From positions 2,482,001-2,546,000 of the forward strand of contig NC_045697.1 of assembly GCF_009834535.1 (NCBI RefSeq): a stretch of DNA of 64,000 nt, written 5' to 3'. The notes under the pieces are model-generated. The model saw only the letters and a list, made by a program, of their open reading frames with translations, had not been told where the DNA came from and made no database searches. Of this stretch, positions 40,400-51,420 are shown piece by piece. Made by a program: the position numbers and the translations under genes. The stretch is from Camelus ferus. Taxonomy: Eukaryota. The first letter of the stretch is position 1. The number at the start of each line of letters is the position of its first letter.

Positions 40400-42480
40400 G
40401 CTGACTCTGCCGCGCGCTGCTTTCGTTGCAGGTTTGCTTCTATCGCATCGCCGTGTGACCTTCGTCCAGTTTATACCCTGCTTGCATTTTGTTTGTTTCC
40501 CCCTCCTTACTTCGAAGTGCGAATTAAAACCCGTTAATTCGGTCTCTGCAGACGTGTTTCACTCTGAAACCTCCCTCTTTCTCCACGAAGCTGTCCCTGC
40601 CTCCATCCCTCCCCCACCGGTCCGGGCACCCCTCGGTGCCCATCCGGAGCCCCGGCGCCCATGATCACCTCCGCCCGGGAGGCCTCGCCGCGGAGGACGC
40701 ATCAGGGCTGCACGATCGCTGGCGCCGCCTCCCGGCTCTCGCGGCTCGAGTCACCAACGCGGACTGGGATCTCCCGCTGCTGCTGCCGCTGCCGCTGCCG
40801 TATGCTGTCCAGGTCCGACCCTGCTGCCCGTCTGGGAGACTGAGCCCGGCGGCCACCCCCTGGTCCTGGGTTCGTGTCTTCGGCTTCTCGGTGCTTCCTT
40901 GACGCTCTCGGTGTCCCAGGGTCCGCAGGGCCGAGACTCGGACTGAAGTGGGATGAGTGGCTAAGGCTGGGCGGGAGATCCCTGGGGGGAAGGTGGGGGA
41001 GGGGCTCACGTGTTTGGCGCTCCATCCCGAGACGGACCAGTCCGAAGATGCTCCCCATCCCCTGGAGAGGAGGGATCCTGTGGGTGTGAGGGCCCCGGCA
41101 GGAGGCCCTAGGAGAGGCCGACGAGGGACCGGCAAGGTGCATGAAGAGGGCCTCTGGGATGCGGCCGTTCCAGCTCCGAATTGCGGGTCTCCCCGGGGTC
41201 TCCCCAACCCCAGGACGGGGACCTGGCGGAAGTTGCTAACCCGCCCCGCCTTGGCGGTGCCTCCCAGACTCTGCCTTCCCGGCCGCGCGTTTCTCTTCTC
41301 GCTCAGATTCTCAGCTTTAGTCGATCTCCACCTCCCGGTGTCTCCTCTCCATTCTTCTCTGCTCTCTTCCCTCCATCGGAGCTCGGGATTCCGCCCGTGG
41401 GTCCGTCCCCGCTAACCGCAGTACCCCTCCGCCCGGTTCTATTTCCCCCTCTCCGGAACATGCTTCCTACCCACTTCGAACCCGCCCAGGTCGGGGTCGG
41501 GGAGGCCCGGGCCCCCTTTAAGGTTTTATTTCTTTGCCGAGACGTCTTCTCGACCTAGGCGGTTGGAAGCGCGCATTCCGGGACGCAGCGGCGCAGGGAC
41601 CCCGACGCGCCGAAGCCCTGCGTCGCCCGGGTCAGGCTGGGGGGAGTCGGTGGCGCCGCTTCGCGTCCGGATCCCGTGCCTGCCCCTCTGGGGCCCTCGA
41701 GCTGGGCTGTCGCCGCTCCGGGCCCAAGTGTCCCGCCCGGCTGCCCGAGCTTGAAGGAGAGAAACTGGCGGTGGCGCCAGCTCCGCGGCTCCGGGGCCCG
41801 GCGGGCGGCCAGCTCCGAGCGGCCCCTCTCCCCGCACAGGCTGCCGGGCGTCGGAGCGCAAGGCCGTCGCAGCTCTAGACCCTCGGGGCCCGCGGCCCTC
41901 GGGGTGCCCTGCCCCCCGCCCGCAGTCCTTCCGGCCCCGCCCCACCCCACTCTTCCCGCCGGCGCCCGGGCCCCCTCCCCGCCCCCCGCCAGGCTCACCT
42001 GGCGTCTCCTCGGCGTCTCGGAGTCTGGCTCGGCCCTCGGGCCCCGCCCCTCGGTTCTCACCTCGCCCCTTCCCGCTCCCAGCTCCCCTCTTCCCCCGCC
42101 CGTCCCTTCCCCCTCTGGCTCCGCGCTGCGCATCCGTCCGGTCTCCGCGCCACCACCTAAGACGGCGAGGTCTAGCTAAGGGGCCGGGGCTGGGGCCGAA
42201 GAGAAGGGAGGTGCCTGAGCCCGCCTGGGTCCCCGAAGGCTTCTGGGAGGAGGCCGTATTAAACTCGAAGGCTAGAGGGGAGGAAAGGTCTGGGCGGACG
42301 CAGGTGGAGACCTCGCGGTTCGCCTCGAGTCTCCGCCCTTGTTGGGGACATCTCGGTCCCACTCTCTGCCATCTAGCTCTCGGGTCACCTCCCTTCCACT
42401 CTTCCCTCCCGGAAAGATGGGGCGCAGAGTTGAGGCTGCCGAGCTGTGTGCTGCCTTCAGCGGCCGTCTGCATGGCTTTG
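40400..42480. promoter_or_regulatory. Large downstream CpG island
   Basis: About 2 kb of CpG-dense sequence with GC boxes at ~41910-42050; ORFs are low-complexity and unrecognisable. Confidence 0.75.
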
Positions 42481-44439
42481 GGAAAGTCACTTCATCTTTC
42501 TGAGCTCGCCTTGCCAATCTCTGGAGTGGGTAGGTGGCAGTGGTGAAGGTCGCTCGGCCTAATGACAAGAGCGCGGGCTCAAGACTTGCTGCTATGCACA
42601 CAGCCTTAAGTGCCCCTGATTTGTACCCATCACACCCCAGGACACCCACTGCCAGGACGCTTGACCCACAGGTCCCTTTCCTTTAGCCTGTGCCAAGGGC
42701 TCGCTGCCTTTCATGGCTTGGTCCTGAGCGCAGAAAGTCAAGTCCCCGCCACCCCCATTCGTTCATGTAGTCATGCTCCTACTAGGGCTCCAGGACACCT
42801 GAAGGTGCCCGCACACACTGTCACCGCAGGCCGGGGCGCACGCATGCGCAAGAGCCCTCCAGTAACACAGCTGCACCTCTATCTAACCCTGCGTCTGCCC
42901 CTCCAGGGCCCAAGCTTCCACACTCCCAGACCCATAAGTCCTCCGACCTTTGCTTCATCCCCAGCAGAGACCTAGTGTGTCCACGTCTGTGTCCCCTACT
43001 CCCACCACGGGCAGTTGCGCCTCCAACATCCCAGCCATACAACTGGCCTAGGAAATTTGGTGTCCAGAGGTGGACAGAGACCCTGGCTTCCTGGGCAAGC
43101 TGGCCTTGCTCTCCTTGTTGTTCGTGGGCATTTACTCCCCCACCCACATGACACTGAGGCTTTTTCTGAGCTGAAAGTTGATCACCCTCTTTACAGGAAT
43201 TGTCTCACTGCATCCCCACAGTAATCTGGCGAGGGGAGTGATGTCCCCAGTTTATGAATGAGGATTCAGGCCTTACCCAACTCCAGATTACACAGATTAT
43301 GTGTGCGGGAAGGCAGACCTGTGTCCAGCCCTCTTTCCAGTGGGGGAAACGACACAACAAGTGCATATGAGAGACATGTGGCGAGAGCGGCGCCCTGGCT
43401 GGGGCGCTGGGAGACGGGTGGGCGAGGGCAGCTCACCAGCTCGGAAGGAAAGTTTCTCTAGTTTCTCCCCTCGGCCTTCATCAAGCTTCTCTTCCCTTCC
43501 GGTTGGCCTTTCTTTCCCTACCCGAGTCCCCACACGCGGCTGGGGTGGGGCAGCTCAGGGGCAGTGCTTCTGTACCCTAGGATGCCCCTCAAAAGTGCTT
43601 TCCTTGGAATTTTCTAAGGCCCTCTAGAGTGGCTGGGACCCACTAGGCCTTTGTGGAATCTGAGAGGGAAGCCCCAAGGCAGTAGAGACCTCTGTGGGTG
43701 GAGATCCCTGAAGGGCAGCCTGGCCAGAGGTGGGACTGGAGAGACTGGGTGGCAGACTGATGCTGACACACTGACTCATGATGATTCAAATTGTTTTTGT
43801 GGACAGGGACCCCTTAAAAACATTCCATTCCCTTGTGTGCGTGTGGAGGGGTGGTGGTGTGGTGGTGGTGACAGTCTATGAGCCACCTCCTGGCTGGAGC
43901 CAAAACCTCCAGCTTCCTGAAAGGGACCCTTGCCAGCTCCAGTCTCACCCACTGTGCCCATTTTTACAGACAAACCTAATGTGGCCCCAAGAAAGGCCCC
44001 AGAAGCTGGAAGCCACACCTCCCTCCTCTTCCCTCTGCTCCTGAATTCAACGACAAGCAAGGTTGAGCCCAGAGAGCAGGGCCCACCAGACTCCAGGTGT
44101 CTCAGAAACAAGGTGGGGGGGGGGGATCATTGCCCCCTGAGTGTGGCAGAGAGGAGGGAACTGGGAGGCCCCAGTGGAAAATGGGTTTTTGAGGAAGCCC
44201 ACCCTGTGCTGGGGCCCTCTCTGATCCGCAACTCTCTCCCCAAGGACTTTCCTAAGGGTCTCTCCACTGGAAGTCTGATTCTTTCACAGGGCCTGGAGGA
44301 AGGAGGCTCTGGACCCCAGGACCCCAGCCAATCATCCCACAGTCCTGAATACGACCAGGGGACTGGAGTGTGTGTATGTCACTGCCGACCTCTCCCAGAC
44401 CCTGGGAGTGAGGTTTGATCCCCAGCCAGAGGTGGTGAG

Positions 44440-45760
44440 CTCAGGGTGCGTCCCCACGGAGCCATCTGCGTCCTGCAGCCACCGAGTGCGCCCAGAGTGA
44501 GAGCAGGGCCTCTCCGTCTTGAACAAGCCTCCGCGCGCGGCTCCTCCCAGGCGCACGGAGGCTCGAGGTGCCTGGGACCTGGGCCCAGGGGTTGCCCGGT
44601 TCCCCCCGACCCTGGCCCAGGAGCGCAGCCTCAGTTGTACGGCCGGGTTCGTTCTGCCCAAGCTCCCTGCCGCGCTGCTCTGTTCCCCCGGTCCCCTAGT
44701 CTCCGCCGTCTCAGCCTCGGCCTCTCGCCGATCGCCGTCCCCCTTCCCGGAGCCGCTCTCGGGGCTCCAGCTCCGCAGAACCGCGGCGTCAGCACATCTG
44801 GGCCTCGCTCACTTTGGTCTGAGTTTTCTTAAATCGCGAAAATCCATTTCCCCAAATCGGCGGGGGCCTCGCCTCGCTTCAGGGGGCGGTCGGCCCTGCT
44901 GCCCCCACCCCACCCCCAGCCCGACCCCCGAGGCCCGGCATTGATTCGCAGCTTGTGTACATTCGCATTAGTCCTGATGGTTTAGCTGATGATTCAACTT
45001 TTTCGTTAAAAGCCGCCCCTTGGTCCTCACCCCGCCTCCGCCTCCGCCGGCCGCCGGCCTCCCCGCCGCGCGCCCTCCCAGCGCTTTCAGGACTTGCTGG
45101 CCAGAAGACACCCGGCTCCTGGAACCAGGGCCCGTGCCGCCGCCCTGCGCGCGTGGACGCCGCTAGAGGAGGGCGATCCGGACGGGCAGGGGTGAGGGCT
45201 GCGTCGGCGGAGGGGCTGTGGCTTTTGGGACCCTCAGGGACCTTGGGCTCGCTGGCGCGTAAAATGCAGAGCTTCGACTCGAGCCAAGGGGAGACGTACG
45301 AAGTCAGATCCTCGACCTTCCAGACTCAGACCTGGGCAGAACCGTAGAACGATCCAGAAGCTGGGAAACCCCGCGCCCTCGCGGAGGGGCTCCCCGGCGC
45401 CTCTGCTGTACATTCTACCCGCGGGAGGGGCCGAGGGGACTGGTTCCAGGTCGGCCATCACTTGGGAGCCGAGCCGGGCCTGAGCGCAGAGCCCAGGCAG
45501 CGCGCGGCCAGGAGAAGCGGAGGCCGCCGTGACCGCCTCCGCCCTGGGCTCCCTCCTCGGCCTCCTTCCCGGGCAGGGTCCAGGCCTGCGTGAGGGACCG
45601 ACGCCGGACAGCCCGACCTTCCGGGGCGCAGCCCGGAGTCCGCGAGGCCCCGCGGCCGCAGCCCTGCGCACCTTCCAGCGAGATCTGCCCCGACGCCTCT
45701 CGGCTGGCCCGCATCTGATTTCGTTTCTTGTTCGTTTGCCGCAGAAAATTCCGAAAATAC
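44440..45760. promoter_or_regulatory. Downstream CpG island
   Basis: CpG-dense, non-repeat sequence. Confidence 0.75.
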
Positions 45761-46227
45761 ACGCAAGAAAAACAAAACAAAGTAAAGCAAAGCAAAACTA
45801 CGGCATCACAAATCCTACTCACTACACGGAGACAGTTGAATTTTTCAATAGTTTGGGGTTTTTTCCTATTTACTTACTTACTTTTTAAATAGACAGTATA
45901 TTGGTTCAGCGCGAAATTCGAACGCATAACCAGATATACCGTGGGAGGAGTCCCTCCCTTCCTTCTTAAAAATGGAGATAAATTTACGTACGGAGAGAAG
46001 CGCAAATCTTAAGAGTACAATTCGATGAGTCTGGACAAACGTACACACTAGTAATCACCATCTGAGTCTTGTCTTTTTAAAGAGAGAAAACATTTACACA
46101 AATGTTTACAAGACTTATACTGAGAGAACCGCTGTACCCTTCTTTTTTTTCTTAAAGTTTGCCAAAGTTATTCATGCACACAACTTAAAATGTCTTCTGT
46201 TTCCACAAAAAGAATACAAACATCAAA

Positions 46228-46375
46228 GGGAGGGTGCAGCTCAGTGGTGGAGCCCGTGCTCAGCACGCATGGGGTCCTGGGTTCAGTCCCGGGACCTCTG
46301 TTAAAAAATAAATAAGTAAAAATAAATAAACCAAATCACCTCCCCCTTCCACAACAACAACAACAACAACAACAA
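46228..46375 (+). mobile_element. tRNA-derived SINE (vic-1-like, long form) with (CAA)n tail
   Basis: gggagggtgcagctcagtggtggagcccgtgctcagcacgcatggggtcctgggttcagtcccgggacctc, then AAAT repeats, ccaaatcacctccccc and (CAA)n. Confidence 0.85.
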
Positions 46376-47081
46376 TCAACCAGAACAGCTCCGCCCGCCC
46401 CCAGCCCCTAGCAGGAGACGCAGCTGCCAACCCCAGCCAGCTCTTTATGCTCCTGCCTGCTCATATTCCTAAATGGCACGCTTGGGCTCTTTCTTGATTT
46501 CATTTAAAAACTTTTATCAAGTGCCTATGGCTCGCCTGGAAGATGGGAAATTACTTGCTCAGAAGTCATGATCACAAGTCACTCAGGCGCTCACAGCCCT
46601 TTCCTCCCCATCCTGAAAGCGCCGTCCTGGGGCAGGTGGTGCTGGGGTGAGGCCCCGAGTTCACAGGGCTGCCATCGGGTGAATGCCCTTCGCCGCTGGA
46701 TGTGAGCTGGGGTCACGGTTTTTTCCGATATTAGTTTTTCCCTTTGGTTTTCTCTATACTTCCCACTCATCTGTCTTCAAACTCCTTTCCAGAGGGCCAG
46801 CCTCCTGTGAAAGGTGTAAACACCCAGAGGCCCCATGCATCCGATGGGGAGGCTGGGGGAGGTGGGACACAGGCCGGGCTTCTAAACAAGACCAGCTCTG
46901 TCTGGACTTCACTTTCAGAGCCCATCAGCTCCCAAGGCTTCCCACAGCTCTCCAGGCCAATCACATGCTCCTCACTCCTGGCCTCATACATCCTCCAGCC
47001 CCCACGTTCCCCCAGCCCCCGCCTGTGGGAGTGTTTTGGGAGGGGCTGGCCGCATCTTTCCCTGGGTAACTTTCCCAAAGC

Positions 47082-47998
47082 TTTTTTTTTTTTGCAAATT
47101 GCTTTTTATTTTATTTTTTTTATTGAGTTATAGTCAGTTTACAATGTTGTGTCATTATGTACAGCATAATTTTTCAGTCATACATGAATATACATATATT
47201 CATTGTCATTCTTTCTCACTGTGAGCTACTGCAAGATCTTGAATATATTTCCCTGTGCTGTGCATATAAACTTGTGTTTCTATTCCATGTATCCCTGTCA
47301 GTATCTACAGATTTCAAACTCCCAATTTATCACTTCCCTCCCCCTCCCTCCCCTCTGACAACACAAGTTTGTATTCTATGTCTTTGAGTCTTTTTCTGTT
47401 CTATATATAAGTTCATTTGTCTTCTTTTTTTTTTCTTTTTTTTTTTAGATTCCACATATGAGCGATCTCATACGGTATTCTTCTTTCTCTTTCTGGCTTA
47501 CTTCACTTAGAATGACATTCTCCAGGAGCATCCATGTTGCTGCAAATGGCGTTATGTTGTCAGTTTTTATGGCTGAATTATGTTCCATTGTATAAATATA
47601 CCACAACTTCTTTATCCAGTCATCTGTTGATGGACATTTCAAAACTACAATGAGGTTATCACCTCACACCAGTCAGAATGGCCATCATTCAAAAGTCCAC
47701 AAGTGACAAATGCTGGAGAGGCTGTGGAGAAAAGGGAACCCTCCTACACTGCTGGTGGGAATGCAGTTTGGTGCAGCCACTATGGAAAACAGTGTGGAGA
47801 TTCCTCAAAAGACTAGGAATAGACTTACCATATGACCTAGCAATCCCAGTCCTGGGCATATATCCAGAAGGAACCCTACTTCAAAAAGACATCTGCACCC
47901 CAGTGTTCACAGCAGCACTATTTACAACAGCCAAGTCATGGGAACAACCTAAATGTCCATCAACAGATGGCTGGATAAAGAAGATGTGGTATATTTAT
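47082..47998 (-). mobile_element. Relatively young L1 insertion with 5' inversion (twin priming)
   Basis: Poly-T and antisense L1 3' end (47082-47639) joined to a sense L1 ORF2 segment (47640-47998) encoding [33 protein letters not shown]; flanking duplication tcccaaagctttt (47073-47085) / tccaaaagctttt (47998-48010). Confidence 0.92.
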
Positions 47999-49026
47999 CC
48001 AAAAGCTTTTGAGCCTTTCTCTGCAGCTTCTGGACCATGTTCCACTCTGGTTCGCATCCTGTGAGGAGAGCTGGGTTTGCCCAGCTCAGACTCTGAATTT
48101 TGAAGGGTTCTGTGGGAATGTGGCCCCTGGCTGGGGCTGGGGCATTCCCCAAGGGTGAACCCTTTACTGGTCTCCCTGGGAAACCTTGTTTAATGAAGGT
48201 GCCCTGTATTCAGTGCCAGGGAAATCAAACGTTCCTTATCTTCATGAGGACTCCTTCAACAGGGGTTCAGTGTGCAGTGAACCTATCCTGGCCGCCCCTC
48301 CCCCACCCCAGTCTCACCCCCTAGGTGGCCCCTCCTGTCATGGCATTCTTGGGTCTCTGTGCTCACTGCTGTTTCTTATCTGACTCCTTCCTGAGACCAT
48401 GAGCTCTCTGGAGCTCTGCCATCCTGGCAAGCAGCTCAGAGGCTGCCCCAATGGCTGCTTAATCAACAGTTGTTGGATAAATAGTGAACGAGACTGTGGT
48501 TAAACTTCACATTGACCACGTGATGTGGACGAGGCCTGCGTGGCCAGCTAGCCAAGGACTGAATCCAAATCTGTAAAGCAAATTGAATCTTACTGGTTCT
48601 TCAGGCTTGTGATGAGCCAAAGGAGATTGGCAAACATGTCTGTGTTGAATAGCGGAGCAAGGATGCCCAGGTGCCCTGGAAGAGCCCTGGGGGGGGCGTG
48701 GGCACCGCCTTAGCTCTTCACACAGGGTGGTCACCTGGGTGTCACTGCCCTGCTCATGCGTGTTCTGTGCGCAATAAAGATGCACAGAAAAAAGGGATCC
48801 AGCATTTCTCACCTGCTAGGATCAGCATTTTGCTGAAATCGCTTTTCAGATTTCTATATTTGTAAATTCATCTCAGGATGTAAAATGCATTTCTTACTGT
48901 CATTAGATCTACAAAAAGAGTTTGAATTTCACTAAATCATGTTGGCATTCTTGTGTTTTCTATTACTCTATGGTTTTGAACTTAGTAGAAGTAATACATA
49001 TTTCTCTTCCTATTGTTTTTAGGTAC

Positions 49027-49556
49027 TGTATTAGTCAGGATTCTCCAGAGAAACAAAACCAATAGAAAATTTACATATGCAGAGAGAAATATACATGTAC
49101 ATAGAAAATACAGAGTATATATAGAAAAAATATATTATATATATGTATGAGAGAGAGAGACAAGGAAAAGGTTTATTTTAAGAAATTGGCGCATATGATC
49201 ATAGGGGCTGGCAAATCTGAAATCTGCAGGGTAGGCTGGCAGGCTGGGAATCCAGACCAAAGTGGATGTCGTAGTGTGAGCCCAGATCCTGCAGGGCAGC
49301 AGGCTGGAACCTCAGCAGGGTTCCTGTGATGCAGGTCTCTAGGAGAATTCCACCCACTTCAGGCGTCCTCAGTTTTCGCTCTTGAGACCTTCAACTGATT
49401 TGACGTGGCCCACCCACATCGTGGAGGATAATCTGCTTCACTAAAATCCAACCAATTTCAATGTTAATCTCATTTTAAAAAGACCTTCACAGTAACATCT
49501 AGACTGGAGTGTAAAGGAACAACCAGCCAAGCTAATGCATACCCTTGACCATCTCA
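49027..49556 (-). mobile_element. MLT2-type (ERVL) solo LTR with 5-bp target-site duplication
   Basis: Starts tgtattagtcaggattctccagagaaaca and ends ccatctca (TG...CA); GGTAC on both sides (49022-49026 and 49557-49561). Confidence 0.9.
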
Positions 49557-50119
49557 GGTACCCAGGCCTCCATCTGAATTTAAACATACTCCCTCCTCAT
49601 AAAGAAACAAAGGACATCCCAGCATTGGTAACTTCACTGGTGTTAAAAGAATGTGTGGATGGATTTGAGCAGCTCTATAGGCCTTGGGCTTTTCAATCCA
49701 CTCAGGGCTCCCCAGGTTCAGGCCCCATTTTGGGTACTGCCTGTGGGGCATAAGACTGCTGTCATGCTGCTGGGCTGGGCTACAGCCTTTCTCATGCTGT
49801 GTGACAGCAGTCTGCCCCATGTCTGCTCCCCGACCAGACACTGAGCTCCATCACATCCAGGTCCTCAGGACCCACCAAAGGCTGGGCCTGTGCAGGGAGA
49901 GATGGGAGTTTGGGGGGGGGGGTTCTGTTTCTCCTGCATCATCTGGGTGGTAGCAGTGGAGGGGTCTGGAGGGGAGGAGGGGCCACAGGATTGGTTCACA
50001 GCCTGCACCTGTGTTCATCTTGGGTCAATTAAAGATGCAAAGCCAAAATAAAGAAGCTTAAGAAGATTAAAAATGCTCTTAAGTGTTTACCTGATCCCAG
50101 CAGAAGGGAGGTGTGTCTC

Positions 50120-50438
50120 TCCTGCTCTTCCCCCTTCCACCAGTTTCCGCTGGTTGCTCAGCTAGAGACCACATTCCCCAGACCCCCTCGCAGCTCCCAG
50201 CCTGGTCACACGAAGAGGTTCTGACCCCCGGGTGTGAGACGTACTACAGGCAAGTCCAGCTCTTTCTCTCAACAGGAGGTTGGGCAGCCTTCTGCGCCCT
50301 TCCCTTCCCTTCCCTTCCTGGCTGTCTGGGATGGGGTTCTAGAGGTCTGGTGAGGAAAGGTCACTTAGAGCAAAGCAGAGATGCCCACCCCGTGGACCAC
50401 GTACCAGCTGCCACTTTTATGTGAGAGATAAAACCTTC
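50120..50438 (+). mobile_element. Old MLT1-like LTR fragment
   Basis: cagctagagaccacattcccagac...cttttatgtgagagataaaaccttc; its end probably resumes at ~50945-50968 (atcctaactaacgca). Confidence 0.5.
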
Positions 50439-50944
50439 TGAGACTGGAGGGAAGAGGGCAGGGCACAACCATTCAAAGAATGACGCAGCCATTGAGGCTA
50501 GGACAGAAACTGGTTAGAACCAACTTGGCCCAAGATGGTAGAAGATTCAGCTTCCAGTAGACCTTGAGCCTCATTATATACTCATTACAATAAAATTAGC
50601 CTTGCAGTTAAGAAGTACCCATCACGCACTGATGCCATGACACCTCTGATCCAGACTAAATAAGGACAAAATTCTCTCCTCCCCATGGGAAGGTGGAGCT
50701 GGGATGAAAATCAGGAAATACGACCCCAAACCCCTCCCTCCCCAGTAAATATTCCGCCCATTCATTTTTACACCTCGCATAATCAGCTTGCCAAAGAACC
50801 TCAGGGCAGCTACTCATCTGAGCCTGCACACTCTCCCCTTGAGAGTGTACTATAGCTTAATAAATTCTCACTTTACTTTCTTGACCTCCATGTCTCGTCT
50901 CTGAATTCTTTCTGCAGGGAGATAAGAACCTATTCTCCAGTAAC
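50439..50944 (+). mobile_element. ERV1-like solo LTR
   Basis: Begins TGAGA; contains cccaagatgg, gagagtgtact, AATAAA at ~50859-50864 and ctcgtctctgaattctttctgc...agataagaacc; about 505 bp. Confidence 0.7.
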
Positions 50945-50974
50945 CAAGTCGATATCCTAACTAACGCAGAAGGT

Positions 50975-51062
50975 CTTTCTTTCTTTATTTCTGTACTGGG
51001 GATTGAACCCAGGGCCTTCACATACTAAGCACACTGTTTACCACTGAGCTGTACCCTCACCT
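50975..51062 (-). mobile_element. tRNA-derived SINE (vic-1-like), antisense
   Basis: T-rich tail, then gtactggggattgaacccagggcc...ctaagcac...accactgagctgtaccctc. Confidence 0.82.
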
Positions 51063-51084
51063 TCCAAGGAGACCTTTCTAAGCT

Positions 51085-51420
51085 GGACCAGTTAGCATCT
51101 GCATTTGGTTGCTAATGATTGAGCACTGGATATAGAAGCACGAAACAAGTCTGGAGGTGGGCAGCCCAGGGCTTGTGTGGTACTCCACCAATGCACCAGG
51201 GACCAAGGACTCCTGCCTTTCTTATCTGCCATTCTAATACATAGGTTCCATCCTCCAGGTCACAAGACAGCTGCTGAAGCTCCAGCCCTCATATCTTTGT
51301 TCCATTCAGGATGAAGGGCAAGGGCAAGGGGCAAAGGGGCCTCCTCCCAGCTTTTAGGAATGTGCCAGAGGCCCCTTTCACTGGCTTCTGCCTTCATCTC
51401 TTTAGCTACCTCCATCTTCC
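51085..51420 (-). mobile_element. Old MLT1J-like LTR fragment
   Basis: aagtctggaggtgggcagcccagggct...ggtcacaagacagctgctgaagctccagcc. Confidence 0.55.

Noticed and set aside
47678..48064. 128-aa ORF with [18 protein letters not shown]
   Set aside because: This is the cysteine-rich C-terminus of L1 ORF2 inside a truncated, inverted insertion, not a host gene.
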